A stretch of DNA of 61,445 nt, the filler included, from Choristocarpus tenellus KU-1152 (Eukaryota; Protista; Phaeophyceae): NCBI GenBank assembly GCA_964200185.2. It is 9 parts of 9 records of this genome, joined end to end, with 100 filler letters (N's around TTAATTAATTAA, not from the genome) between each part and the next. Parts side by side here need not be neighbours in the genome. Positions count along the whole stretch, not along the records: positions 12,455 to 18,941 come from CAXNAD020008026.1; positions 19,042 to 28,719 come from CAXNAD020003477.1; 7 more parts are not named here. One strand, 5' to 3'. Below are positions 12,810-26,400 of this stretch, piece by piece. How positions within the stretch are numbered: position 1 is the stretch's first letter; the number at the start of each line of letters is the position of its first letter. Both the position numbers and the translations under genes were made by a program. The notes below the pieces were generated by a model. That model did not search any database, was not told where the DNA came from, and saw only the letters and a program-made list of their open reading frames with translations.

Positions 12810-14715
12810 GCTTGTGCAGAGCTGCTGGTTTCAATGGGCTACACCAAACCAGCTCGTATGGCTATACATGCCAGCAGTGCTGGTGGGTTAGTGGCAGGCG
12901 TGATGGCCAACACCAGACCCGATCTGTTTGCAGCAATGGTCATGAAGGTGAACCCACTCATTGGTAGATGAGGGTGTTGCATATGGGGTTGATGGCAGGA
13001 TGGAGAGGTGGGTGTGCTTCATTGAGTATTGCTTGTTGGCTGCAGTTGACACTTTTTATCAAGTACTACACGATATATGTGTTTTTCATGGTGTTACTTC
13101 AGAATGTTCTAGAACTTGGAGCTTACGGTGTTTCATTGTGCCATCTGTTTCGGTACCTGTTATTTCAATGGAAGTTGTTTTAGTGACTGAAGGGAATACA
13201 GTTATTTTTTTCAATGATATTACACAAACTCCTGAAATGTGGTATTTCCCATGTACAGAACATGCTCACCTGCTCCCCACACACCCTCCACTTTTGTCAA
13301 CAGCACAATCGCTCTTGCACCCATTCTATTTAGATCCCTGCAAGGTAACCGACTGCCTTTTTGCTTGTTGAACATGTGTTTCCTGTGCACCAGGCACCCT
13401 TCTTGAGTGTCCTCGGTGCAATGCAGGACTCATCTCTTCCTCTCACTGTCCATGAATTTGAAGAGTGGGGAGATCCAAGGAAGGGGGGGAGGAAAGTGGA
13501 GGAGTATCTCCGGTCGTACTCTCCGTATGAAAACGTGAAGCCCCAGGCGTACCCCTCTATGCTCATCACAGGATCTCTCAATGATAACAGGTTCTTGATG
13601 GGGAGAGGGAAGTGGGCTGGATGGGAATGGTGGGGGTGGAAGTTGGGGAGAGTATCACGTTGTCATGTTGTCATTAGTGTGGTGTGGTGTGATGCCCATT
13701 CAGCATCAGTTGGTGTTTGTTTTTGTTTGGAAGCCTTGCCATGCTATGAATAGTGCTTGCCTGTGTCTTTGGTGCAGCACAGGTGGGTACGTTTGTCATA
13801 GATGCATTCTGATACCCTGAGAGTTGCCGTTGCATTTTAGTGCAGATATTATTTGGGTTCATGCTGCGCTCAATGCGAAGTCCTCCTTATGACTCATCAA
13901 AAAAAGGTACTCTCAAGAGTCTAGCTGTACACAACAGCTGTTAATAGTCCGTGTGATGTTCACCCAACAGAGGAATACTCCCATGCTTTGCTCACACATC
14001 AGGAAGCATTTGTGTATTGTTGACACGAGTTGAGATAGGTATGTTTATTTGCACATGTGCTCTTGTGTTGGAGGTGTCTGCATTGTCTTCTTTCTCAATA
14101 GCAAGCCCGCTGACTTTTGGGGAAGAGATGGAACTATTTCAGGGGTGAGAAAAAAATAACACCACTACTCAGGGCTTGAAGTTGGTTTATAGGGAGGGGG
14201 AGAGGGGTTAGAAAAAAATGTGCAAGGTGTAAAGATGAAATTATTATTTATGGTCGTAGAGTTAGACTTTTCATCCTCTCAGTCTTTAGGTACAACATAC
14301 TTTCTCCACCCCAGTTTAGTCTTAAGTACTACTGTAGTTTTTGTTCTGCTGCTTCAATGCATCCTGAGAGGATTTCATTTTGAACTCTTGGAGTAAACTT
14401 ACTAATAATGTAAGATCACCTTGCTGACAATATCCCCTGACCGGCCCCATCCATGATTTCAGAGTTAATTTCTGGGACCCTGCGAAGTGGGTGGCACGGG
14501 TTAGGAAGGCCAATACTGGGAAGTCGGTGATAATGCTGCACATGAGCAGCGATTATGGACACCTGGGTACTGCCACAGTTGAGGACAGTCTGGAAGACAC
14601 TGCACTGGAGTTGGCCTTCCTGGAGCAAGAGCTGGGGGTATCCCACACTGCTGGGTTCAAGCTACCCTTTAGCAGTAGACTGTTCAACCGAATGTCTTCT
14701 AGACACTTGAAGTGA
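12810..14715 (+). CDS. Oligopeptidase B / PREPL-like S9A serine peptidase, last three exons
   Basis: Exons 12810-12947 (ACAELLVSMGYTKPARMAIHASSAGGLVAGVMANTRPDLFAAMVMK), 13394-13590 (APFLSVLGAMQDSSLPLTVHEFEEWGDP...SYSPYENVKPQAYPSMLITGSLNDNR), 14463-14715 (VNFWDPAKWVARVR...DYGHLG). The Ser (ASSAGG), Asp (NDNRV) and His (YGH) triad is present. The 5' part is lost at the spacer. Confidence 0.92.
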
Positions 14716-15340
14716 TCATGAAAGGGTTTTGATCAATTGAGAATAATAGGCTATACATACAGTGGTGCATTTTTGGTACAAAGCATTTTTGGAAGGAGTT
14801 AATCCTTGCAGCGTTGGCTGTGAGGTTTGTTACTCAAATGTGCTTGTGTTGTAGAATGTGTGATAGGAAGGCAAAATGGTCTGCTGAGTGCTTCATGCCA
14901 CTAAATATTCAATTGTGGTTATATACATAAAGAATAATAGTGCATATATCACTGGTTTGATTTTTGATTTGTTCCCAATGTCATCATCCGCGTTGTACTG
15001 GGTACCCATATATTGATGGGGTTTATTTACCTTCGAAGTGCTGGTACAGTTAGTAACTACTCTGCGAAGCATGTACCCGATGAACACCTGCAAGGCGGCG
15101 ATTCCTCACTAGATGGGAACAGAGAAGGCGTCACTTTATACACCAGAAGAATCTTTCTGAATAGAAAGCACCAGCAGCAACATTATAAACACAGAAGTCA
15201 AGACTTGAAGAGCAAACTTGAATGAACAACCACCCTATGTGATTCCCTCTCAGTGCCGATCTTTGACCTGTTGCTAGAGAGAGCATGTATTGTATCGTAT
15301 ATATTGTAGTATTACAAAGCACTATCACCCAGTCCTCATC

Positions 15341-18300
15341 TCACGTGTTGTGTGTGTTACGGTGGATAAAAACACCCACAGTAGTGCTCTGCCTTTTTTG
15401 CCATCCCACTTCCCTTCCCTCAGGCGTTTGTTCTCTCCGGTCCTCCCTGGCCTTGTCACTAGATGAAACCCAGCCCACCTCTGGTAAGCATTCCACTTCC
15501 ACATCATCCTCATCCCTCATACGCTGTGCTGCATCTAGCATGGCCCTGACTGCCTCCTCACAAGTCAATTGAGCAACCGGCCCCTCCGCTACCGCCTGTC
15601 CTTCACCCCGTACACGCCTTCTCCGGCGATGAAACCACTTTCTTACCCCAGCGCTACCCTGCCCCGCACAAGCTGCACTGTATCGATAAGATACACCATT
15701 TGACTCCACCATATAGAGCTGAGCACCAGCATCCTTTCGTACCTCATCAATAGCATCACCCACGTCACAACTATCATCATCGCCCTTCTCACTGCTACAT
15801 TCACCTTCTCCTGCAGAGTCACTTCTAGCGTCAACCTCAACCCCCAGAAGTTCGTCCCCTTTCCCTTTCAGATACTCTATCCCCTCTGTGCTCAAGTCCT
15901 CGGAGAGGGTGAGCTCCTCGTTCTCCTCTTCACCTCTAACAGAAAGGTCATCACCGTTGCCATGACTGTCTCCTCCGTAACACGCGATGAGAACGGAATT
16001 AGGGTAGGCCCGCTGCCCCCAGCGCAGCAAGGCTGAGTGCATGAAGTCCCCAAGGCGTTCTGCAAGTACACGCCCAGGAATTGGCACACCAAATTCTTGG
16101 CGGTGGGACCTGCATCAAGTTGTCCAAAGGCATGAATGAGGGGGTAGATTAACACAGAAATTGTGGTGTGGACGTAAGGGAGCATGAGGAACTAAAGGCA
16201 GTAAAGGCTGCCTGAGGAAGGGAAGGTTGGAAAAAAGTGAGGTGGTGTAAATGTAACTGTTTGTGCTGATGCTGTACTGCAGTCACTGCCAAACAGCAAG
16301 TATCGGCCCCAACTCTTTGGAGATCAATTGGGGGGGGGGTGGGGGTGGGGGTGGAAGAGGAAATGAGGTGACAAGGTTGATCCAAGGTGATGGGTGTAGA
16401 GTCATTGTGAAAATGGAGAAAACACAAGAGTGGGAAAATTGATACTATTTTTAATATGTGAATATTCAAGAGTACCACTTCTCTCCTGATGCAAACTCCA
16501 TGATACATGCTTGAGTTGTGATAACAATATCGCATTGTGAACACTTGTTCTGGTACATCCAGAGGATGATATGGTGTATTGAGTCAGTGTATTGAGTCAG
16601 AGATCACACAAGAACCAGGTTCAACGATGGACACAGAGAGAGACGCCCATATTGCCCTTCTTAAAATGGTTCACAAATTTCACTTTCATCCATACTGCCC
16701 AACTGTCGTTTAAAAAGGGATCTAGAGGGTCACACCTGCCAGACAGCATTGATTTGGTCATAATACCACCTCACCACTCACCTACATAGCTCCATTGCCT
16801 TTTGTGCCAACGCCCTCCCATCTGCAGGCAAACCTGCTGGGAGAATACCTGCGGTAGAGATCATGCACAGGAATCACCGCATAGCATAGAGCTCATGGAT
16901 CTATGTATTTGAAAATGTTCATATCCAAAAGTTGGAAAGCATACGCCTCTCAAAATATGAAACCAACCCCCCAGCCCAGCTAACTGGAGGTGGCAGGAAT
17001 ACCCAACTCTGCTCCTTGATTACTCTTGATTTGTGGCTGTCTAGTTGAAGCCCATTCAAGATTGACCCCCCTGCTCTTGTGCTTTGTGTAATGTTCATGT
17101 TATGTGTGTCTTCTCACTAGGAGCTGCTATTCTAAAAACAACAGATTCCACTCTCTGGCGATTCTGTTCCTAGTGAGAGGATGCGTTGCTCAAATTTGAG
17201 AGGGAGCAAACTGCACATTCAGGTGTAGCTATGGTTGTAGTGCAACCCCAAATAGCTTCACCCTCACCTTGAGTGATGAAATACAAACAAAAGAAAAGCT
17301 CAAGAACAGGTAGTTTAATCCCCAATGACCTTAAACGGGGCAGTCATAAATCAACAGCAAATTATGGTCCAGAGTTGGGCTACAAGAGGTCTTAGTATTA
17401 GGAATAGAAGTTGGCATTGGAACCACACTGGCACAAGGTTTGGGTAAGGAGTTGCATAAATTGGAAGCACAGCTGTTTTCTACGAATAGGGAAGGAGGTG
17501 CTGTAGGTTCTTCCTCTCAAATCGGAGCAAGAAGTCTTCTCCTTAGGAGCTGCTCTTCTCAACTACGGATTCCTGTCTGCAACAGAGAACTTTACAGAGA
17601 GGAATACGTTGTCAGAGAGCACTTCACAGTGAGAGGACATCGTGCTCAAATTTGAGAGGAGGTTGTGACTGAAGTGGTTGTCAATATTAAGGTGGGTGAG
17701 TTTCCTGGCTCTAGACCCGCTCACCGATATGAGAGTCAACTTTGTAGATTCGACGGGTGCTACGCTCACCAATGAGCTTTGTGCTCTCTTCCGTGAACAG
17801 CTTCGTCGTAACTAGGACCTGCAGCGGGAATCCGATTGTGCATAGCAACATGAGATATGGAACCTGGGGCCACGAGATCTTGAACTCGTCTGGTTCCGAT
17901 GAGTGGGGTACCATCAGAGACGAGAAACCTGCTAGAATCTCCTTCCGTCGTACGACGTTGCAGTGCAAGACAGACAACTAGAAGAAAGTCTTTCTCGCGA
18001 CCTTGGTTTAACTCACCACCCCATCTTTGCACTCCGCCCCCATGCACAGGTTACCCCTATCGACGATCCCCTACGAATACGAGGAGAGGGTATTCAGTTA
18101 GCATTTCGGAGTAAATTACGTGGGATCGAGGTATGTCATGGTCAGATATGCGAGTATTCATGCTTTGTGACCTGTATGGTGAGAGGCGCTGCAGGATGAG
18201 AGACCACCCAGATCTCAGAATGGTCGGGTGGGGAAGAGTCTATTAAGGCAGACACAGGATAGGTTTGCAACGCAAATGTATCAAAGATATACTGCATGCG

Positions 18301-18682
18301 TTTGGTATGCCTCGACTGATCGAGGCATGATCACTTTCCACAGTCACAGGTACATTATCTTTCACTGACCTCAAGGTCGTCAAATTGGACCAATCTCGAG
18401 TCTAATAAGGCAGACGCAGGATAGGTTTGCAGCGCAAATGTATCGAAAGATATACTGCATGCGTTAGGTATGCCTCGACTAATCGAGGCATGATCACTTC
18501 CCACAATCACAACTGCATTCTCTTTCGCTGACCTCAAGGTAGTCTAACTGGATCAATCTCCCCCGAGGACTAAACACACTTTTCGAGGTATCGTAAGCTG
18601 CCTCCGACGACAACGCCGCAAATGCCCGAGTTGTCCATATCGTCAAGAGCAGGAAGTGCCACCATCCACCAAATACACTCAT
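15341..18682 (-). CDS. Divergent 20S proteasome alpha-type subunit (alpha7/PSMA3-like) with N-terminal signal peptide; probable periplastid/plastid-targeted paralogue (~377 aa)
   Basis: Exons 18682-18533, 18070-18017, 17818-17725, 16848-16782, 16109-15341 with consistent phases. MSVFGGWWHFLLLTIWTTRAFAALSSEAA precedes the alpha-subunit signature YDTSKSVFSPRGRLIQLDY. Later blocks ECKDGVVLV, RRIYKVDSHIG, AGLPADGRALA, FGVPIPGRVLAERLG, AQLYMVESNGVSYRYSAACAG and LTCEEAV follow alpha7 order. The exact C-terminus could be further spliced. Confidence 0.85.
18236..18560. repeat. ~162-bp tandem duplication covering the exon-1 end and donor of the proteasome alpha-like gene
   Basis: 18236-18397 and 18398-18560 align along their length. 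Each copy contains the hairpin ATGCCTCGA-N4-TCGAGGCAT and an ...LE|GTCAG donor. Confidence 0.9.
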
Positions 18683-21430
18683 GTTGTTACAATGTCTGCT
18701 CCTCTGCTTCGGGTCAAACAATAATGTGTCTTGAATGTTTGAAGTTCTTCTAAGTGGCACTACGGAGTTACACCTCCCTCCACATCGACAAATTAGGGCA
18801 TGGGTGTGTCCCTCTCCCCACCCTCTCTAATAGAATTGTAGTGAAGTGAAACAATTTTTTTTATTGGAACAATCCTAAATGTGGAAAGCATGTTTGTCTG
18901 TTATTATACCGTATTGCTCGTATGCCATATACCGTTATACCNNNNNNNNNNNNNNNNNNNNNNNNNNNNNNNNNNNNNNNNNNNNTTAATTAATTAANNN
19001 NNNNNNNNNNNNNNNNNNNNNNNNNNNNNNNNNNNNNNNNNCAGTCAATTTTGGGTCAAGCCCATCCTCAATGAAAAGCTCCATCCTCAATTTTTGAAAT
19101 CGGCTCTTCTACACTGAGAAACAAAGATCCTGTCACAATATCATCAGCACTATCTGCCTCTGTAACACAGATGAAGATAGCAACAAAACACAAAACATGG
19201 ACATGGTTATCCATGCCCAGACCATGATGTATCTCCAGTTAGCAGTGCACAGTGCAAGCCCACTTGTGGGCAGTTTAGGCAAGGCCCCACAAACCTACAT
19301 CCATGTATGACTATAGTCTTAGATTACCCAAATTGTGCGTAACATCTCCGGAACTGTGCACCGACATACTTGCTACAGAGGAGGCGATGACTATAGGACC
19401 TCACCCACATATAGTATTTATTTAATGTTGTATCACCGGGTTAGACTTTGACCTGCTCAATGTAAAAAAAAAGGTCTTAAGTTTTGTGTCCTAGTATGTC
19501 TGTAGAGGAGGGGAAGGGCGAAGGTGGCAAACAAACATAAAGAAATGGCAACCTAGGTGGGGGTGTATGCCCACGAAATCAACTGACCGAAATGCGATTG
19601 GTACGATATTTCCAAATCATGGAGTACTTGTACCTCTGCTATAATACTAATACGTCAAAAAGTGATCACAGTGTGATGAGTCATTCTGCTAAAGATCAAA
19701 ATCATACTTGTCATCACTTACAGACACTACATGAACTGCCTAGAGATAGATCACTTGCTTCATGCAAACGACATCTACTCCACTCACAACCTTCCCAAAT
19801 TCATGCCCAAGATGACTCAAATTTGGAAGTCCAACCGTATTCCCCTGGTCAACCTAGGGCGCTTTGGTGAGTGTTTGGAAAGAGCCTGTACAAATCCCTT
19901 ATCAAGGCCACCTCTTATCGTATATTAAGTTCATATCTCCAAAAATATCAAATCCCACCAGCGGTACAACGTTTGGGAGTTCAAAAATTCTCATGTACCA
20001 TAAAAGGTCGCTCAAGTGCATCCCATAGTACTTTGTATTTCATTGAGTACTCAATTTTCAGTAAAGAAGTGGTTTGGTTATATTTTAAATCCTTGCTCCG
20101 GAGTTATCCAAAAACTCTAAAATTTAAGCAAGAAATCTTCATTATAAATTTATTTGCGTATGGCTGTTAATACATATCGTTGTAGTCCTAATAAAATAAG
20201 ACCGATAATACTCTTGATCCTTTCAAACTACACAATGGCACCTCCTCTGTTTAAAAAAAAGAAAAATATTTGCTCGTGTAAGTGAGTGAAGAGTAAGAAA
20301 AAAAAATGTCTCAGGAGGCTCATCCCAGAATTATGATAGAGCACAAGGGGAACTCTCCTGCTCTCCCCAAGGTCATGGAGCTTGCACCTACCCGGGTGCC
20401 CCATGAAGGGCACCCATCTATAAACCTTGTAGGAGTGCATCATCTCAAGTCTCCTATATGCATCATCATCTGCATTGTCCTGTAGTGGGGTAGAACAAGG
20501 ATGAAGAGATTACATGAGAAGGACTGGGCAAGCTAGTAGGTTTGGGAGTGGGGTGTCATGGGTGTGCATGTAAATGAGAAGGATCCAAGAAGTGCAAGAT
20601 TGAAAAAATACAGATGGGCCGTAAGAAAGGTGACCACATCACAGGGACGGTCACCAGGTCATACTGTATCTATTGAGAATTACCTGGTGGTAAGTATGGC
20701 TCAGGGACATTTCTTTGCTAGGCTTACTCGAAGGCATTAGAGTGGAATTGTGAAGTAAAAAAAACGTTTGTGATGTTTGCAGGGATATATATGACTGGAT
20801 ATCTGTACGATGTGCTACGCAGTACCTATTATTGTACGAGCTTTAGGTAGTCGGTTGGGACTTAATCATATTTCAATTTCGAGCTATGAAGGGGACTCTA
20901 CAGGAAATGATATTTCGAAGGTAAATAGTCTAGATAAAATGGTCTAAGTGCCCTTGCATGGCATCGACAAGAAGGGGGCTTTGCATGTTTTTAGTGCGTT
21001 AACTGCCACTTGCGTGACACATTAATTGCTGGACGCAAAAACACGACACAGATCTGGTGTCGCTACACGTGGCCCCGTGAATATTATAACAAGAGAGAGA
21101 AAAAGAGCGGTTGCTCCTCAGAAGTCGCCATCACGCCAAACTAAGTTGAGGGACGAAGGGGGATCAATTTGACTCAGACGATGACCTAGAACTCGTATGA
21201 GTGTTTGTGCTTTCTCCACGTAGGATCAAGTGAGTTAGGGAAAACCCTCGAAAACTGCCAGCTTACACAACATAAAGGTCTTTATCTGCACACCAATTTC
21301 AACCTCTTCTTTCCATTCGTCAATCATCGAACCAACTCATCGAACCAGCCCTGGGCAGGAGTTAATTATTGCTTTAACAGAGTCAAAATCTCTATTTCCC
21401 ACCTCAGTGGTGCCGCGAGAGCATACCTTC

Positions 21431-21811
21431 TCATTGGGCCCCGTTATCACCATCATCGTCGTCGTCGTCGTCATCCACAGCACCAGAATTCCACTTAGGG
21501 TCAACTTTATCTTTAGATGAGTTCCTGTGTACGATGTTTATTCTTGGTCTGGGTTCATCATCACCACTATCGTCTCCATCGTCATCGGTGTCGTTGTCAT
21601 CGTCAAGGCTTTTGACATCCTTACTATCGTCGTCACTGAAAAACCCCTCTGGGTCCAACTGTCTCCTCACTTGTTGGTGGTCAGCGATTGATCCCTCCTT
21701 GCCGAAAACATGAATAAGATCTTTATTTTCACCTCCTCTTAGACCTGGGTGACCCTTGCAGAAGCACAGAGCTGCAAGGGCACAAGACACGCCAATTAAT
21801 TTGGTAATCAT
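21431..21811 (-). CDS. Small secreted Asp-rich hypothetical protein (126 aa)
   Basis: ATG-initiated ORF with a signal-peptide-like start (MITKLIGVSCALAALCFCKG), an LRG...RRQL segment and two poly-Asp tracts. Confidence 0.7.
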   Translation of the reverse strand: MITKLIGVSCALAALCFCKGHPGLRGGENKDLIHVFGKEGSIADHQQVRRQLDPEGFFSDDDSKDVKSLDDDNDTDDDGDDSGDDEPRPRINIVHRNSSKDKVDPKWNSGAVDDDDDDDDGDNGAQ

Positions 21812-23444
21812 GGTGTCAGAGATGAGTTTTTCTAATGAACCCTGTTCCCCTCCCAGTTTTTTTTATCGTTTATTGAAGGTGGATGTTTACAGTGTGCCTC
21901 AAAACCACTTCATTGCAACTGTATGAAGTTCTGAAATCAAAGGGTGGAGTTGGTAGGTGATTGTGGAGGTTGCTCTTCATATTTTGTTGCGGCAACAACT
22001 TGACATATTGTTAGAGTACTTCCAATAATATTTGAATTGGTCAAGTACCGTTGATGCTCTTTTTGCGAGATGACCAAACGCAGTTCTGGCAGGGTATCCA
22101 ACAGGTGGTGGGATTTGGACAGGGTTGAGGGTGCAAACCAGAGCCCCAACGGAGATATGGCGGATGGCGTGAGTTCTGTCCTGCTCGCGGATATGTGAAG
22201 GTTGTTTGGAGTACTATTCCCAGGAGTTCGGTTCTAAGGTTTGTGAGGACAACCCAGATACGGTATGTATCTTCAAAAGGGATGAGGATCTAGACTTTTC
22301 TTCCCTCAGAGGTTGTTCTTACCAGCTCGAAGGAAGAGGAATATCCGCATACGCCAATGCTGGTCTCTGTTGTCTTGAAATGAAGCTGACCCAGGATGGC
22401 CTTGTTCGGGACGAGGAAGGTGAGATGTACAGGGGCTGACAAAGGAGATGATTTGGTCATGCGACTGACGCTTGAAAAGAAGTGTCAAACTTAAAATGGA
22501 TAAACGGGTGATGACGGATGGTTGGGCAATGCATTACGTTAATTGTTAACCTCCGGTCACCGTTGTCTGGGGGAAGGATCAGTCGCAGTTGGATGGAAGG
22601 CAGGTACATATCGCCTGACCTTGTCAGACTTCTACTTTTTCGAACTAAAGGTTTCTGGCATGGTAGGGAGCGCTGATTCTTTAAGTTGGACGAGTGACGG
22701 CAGGTGGGGAAGGGGAGATGTATGGATCAGGTAGGGGAAAAGGAGGAAAGCAATCCGCGTGAACGAGGGGAGAGGGCAGGGAGCAGGGTATTGAGGGCCA
22801 AGCGCCAAAGAAACGCGAAGGGGGGGATGAGTCGTTGGAAACTTGACAAGGACGTGGTTCAGGCTACGGAGTCCGAATATGAAAAGCTGTTGATGTTACT
22901 GGAATTGGTTTTTAAATCGGTAGCGGGGATGTATAATGGTATGGTTGTCTGGATGTGGATGAAGGTGGTGACCATACTCTTTTCCCTGCAGGCCTTCTCC
23001 CACAACCAGGATTCGTCTCGACTCAGGACTTGGGCCCATGGTGGTGGAAAGAGGAAGCGTACCATATGGAAGGGGTCTGTCTGTGTGTAGTAGAAGGTTC
23101 AGTTTTATTGTGCAGCTTGCTTTGTTGGAGGTGAACTGCTGGAGTGTGCGGATCACACACTGGAAGGCGTGCATAGTCATGGGCCGTGTACGCTACCTTA
23201 GGGAGTCTTCTGGGATGTGTTTGAGTGCCTGCTGAAGGGGCGTGAACTTTGGAGACTTGAACGTGGGTTTTGATGCGATTCTTCTGTCCATTGTGGTATG
23301 CTGTTTTGCATCATTCTCGCTTCTGGCCAAGCATTTTTGGGGGCTAAATGGCAGTGCCTATCTAACCGATGTGGGGTTTTTTGTGCACCACGTTTTTGAC
23401 GTTGGAAATATTCTCCATCCCGCCCATCCTAAGGGTTATGTTCA

Positions 23445-26400
23445 AATACTCTCCCAACTCTCTTGGATAATTCTAGTAGAGTTAACATGGATTTAGCGTA
23501 CATAGTTTTTGGTTAAACCTTTCTTGTATAGGGTAATATTTCTGCTTTCATAGGGTGCTTGTATGCCCCACCAAGATTTAAAACTAATCACTCTCTTACA
23601 ACATCACACAACACCCTAGTGTTCATCATCCTCCTTTCTCCTTTCTGAGATGATAAAGGGTTCTGAGAACAGGCAGTGAATCATTCCTGCTGCGCAGATG
23701 AGTCTTCCTATCTCGGATATCAGCAACAAATGCAGCACTGTTGCAAGTCAAGCCTTGTGGATTGGGGAGATGCAGCTTGAGACACAAGAAAGATAGAGGA
23801 GACTTTGCTCCAGCTGCAATGGTAGCTGTGGCACTTAATAGAAATCCACACACAATTGTTATTTCTAAGAAGCTGACCCTTGCAGAAGATGACAGAGAGG
23901 ATCAAGGCAACGCTGCTGGAGCTGCGGCTGTGACCAATCCTGCGCTAGATGGGCCTGGAGCGAGCAACCACGCTCGTACCCGAGGAGGCGTGCCTATCGA
24001 TCAAAGCGGACGAGATTATTGCTTACGAAGTAAGGAAGCAGCCACTGAACGTTCCACCAAAAGGGACGGGAAATCAGAAGGAGCAGTATCCAAGCCTCCT
24101 CTACCTGAGGGAGGATAGCAGTGGCTACATCTAAGATTCTTACCATTATGGCACACCATGCGACCGACCCTCCACTTGACCGAAAGGACTAACGCCAAGC
24201 CTCCAACTACTGAGGGAGAAGGAACCCGAGTGGGCAACCCTTGGAGGGGGAGGCCTTGTTCTTCCTGAGGTGCTTGCTATGATGGAAGACTTCAATGTCC
24301 CTCTGTTCAGCCGTGAGAGGGCTAGAGCACACATTCAACTCCTGATGGAGAAGGAGCCAAGCAGCCAATCTTGAGAGGGGGAGGTGTTGCTATCTCCAAA
24401 GCGTTTGCCATGATGGCAGACATCGATGACTCTTGCAGGGAAGGCACCCTGGCAAGGCAGGTGGTTGGTGAGGGCTGCTAGCACAAGACTGGCAACGAGA
24501 CTGGCAGCACTGGGGAGTGGTGCTTCACAAGCCTCATCAAGGGAGGGAAAGTCATGGCATGTTCCCATGGTATAAATTCTCTTTTGACCCCTTATATATT
24601 GCCTGGCCCATTCCATTGCAGGGTCAAGAAGGTGGTAAAAGAACCTCCAAGGTGGTCATCATTGGCATAGAGCTTCCCGTTCCTAAGCAGGTGAGGGGAT
24701 GCCACAGCATATTGCTAAAGTGGTGTCAAGCTTGGACCCTCTGTCCCCCCATGTGCTCCCATGCACAGTTGAGGACTGCAGAGGATCTTCAGGAGTCACC
24801 TCCAGGGCTATATGACGGGTAGTTGCAGCTCAGGTGCACGTATTGTTGAGTCTCGTGCCGAACACACGTGGGATCGAGGTGATACGGCAACTCTTCAGGA
24901 TGTGTTGCATTGATTGGGGGTTGGGGTGACCAGTGCCAAGCTTTGAGGTGCATTGAAGCATACCCGAGTTATTCAAGGTGGAAGAATCTATACGTGCTGG
25001 AGGAATGTACAATCTTGGTATGAAGTAGGCATTTTCATTTGATATTTTTGGACACTTTTTTGTTAGCGTGTATGCTTGATAGCATTCTCAATCGAATCAT
25101 TCTGCTACAAGAGAATCATTGAATCTCTGTTTTGACCACATGGTGTGTTGTACAATGCACAGATTTCTTTTGGACGTGTTTTCTCTTGTTCTTTTTTTTC
25201 GACTGATTGTGCTAAAGCACACTGAATGTCACTTGTCTCAAAATGGGCAATGTATTGATAATGGACGTGGACACATGGACTTTTTGCTGACTGTGTACGA
25301 GTTATGTGTAGTTGTTCTTTTTGATGACTGATTACAATATAGTCGACAAGGATGACTTGCATTACTTACTAAGAGACACTTTTAATTTTGAAGTCTGCAC
25401 CTACCAACTGCTGGCGATTGATTGGTTACAGACAAGGCGATTTTTGAATATGTGAGTTTGTTTTCCAAGCATAGCAAGCACATTCTCTTTGTAAAATCAT
25501 TGCAGTTGGTTGTTTTTCCTGGTAATGCTCATGCTAGTAGCTAGCAATATTTAATTTTTCAAGCCTTGCTTTTTGGTGTTTCACCCAATGAGGTTATGAA
25601 GGGGAAAGTGAAATCCAATCTTGTCTTTCCCGCATTTGTTTTGGTGTGGTAAGAACAAGATCTCATCCCACTTTTTTGAGTGATTGGTTGTGCAATTGAA
25701 TAGTAGTTTACTTCACCCCCACATGTGCCTGTTATAGGTCGTACTATTCGCAGTATGTGGATTCGATTTAGGTGAGCCTTGAAAGGGCTTCACTGAGGAA
25801 AGAACTGCCTCGCCCTTCAAGTAGATTGTTATGTTATTTTGGTAACTACACTAATTGCTTGCAAGTTGCTGATTGTGTGGCTTGCTTTAGCAGACAGACT
25901 ATGATGTGATTTTCAGGTGTTGGAACGGTCTGGCATATGGATTCCCATGTCTGTCACTACTGATTGCACAACACTCAGCTGCATGCCAGTATGTTCTGGA
26001 TGCACAGCAAGAGTCCTTTAGTTGCTCTGACTTTAGTCAGGACTGCCTGTTGTTTATGTACCTTTGCAACACTGTTTTTTGTACTAAGTTTGCTCAGTAA
26101 GGAACCACTATGGTGTCTGTATGCAATTGTGCTATCTTGTTAGATTTTAGTATTTATTTCTGTTGGGAATATTATTGAGTTAGTTAAGTATTTTCGCTCT
26201 TTTGTATTTAGCTTTGTTTCTCAGTGGCACTGACCCTAATGGATTTTTATTGGATACACAGCAGAGTGACCTGTCAGATTTATTGAGCCATGGAGGGTGT
26301 TCAAATAGACTCTTCCAAATCTATTTGGACAATTCTAGTAAAGTGTGTGTTGAGTCAGACTTTATAGTTATTGGTTGGTAAACTAAACACCTTTCTCAAA

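Noticed and set aside
21950-23400. Decayed retroelement-like sequence (similar stretches at 42750-44000 and 47750-49430)
   Set aside because: Strand-biased and coding-like but full of stops, with no diagnostic RT or endonuclease motif I could confirm.
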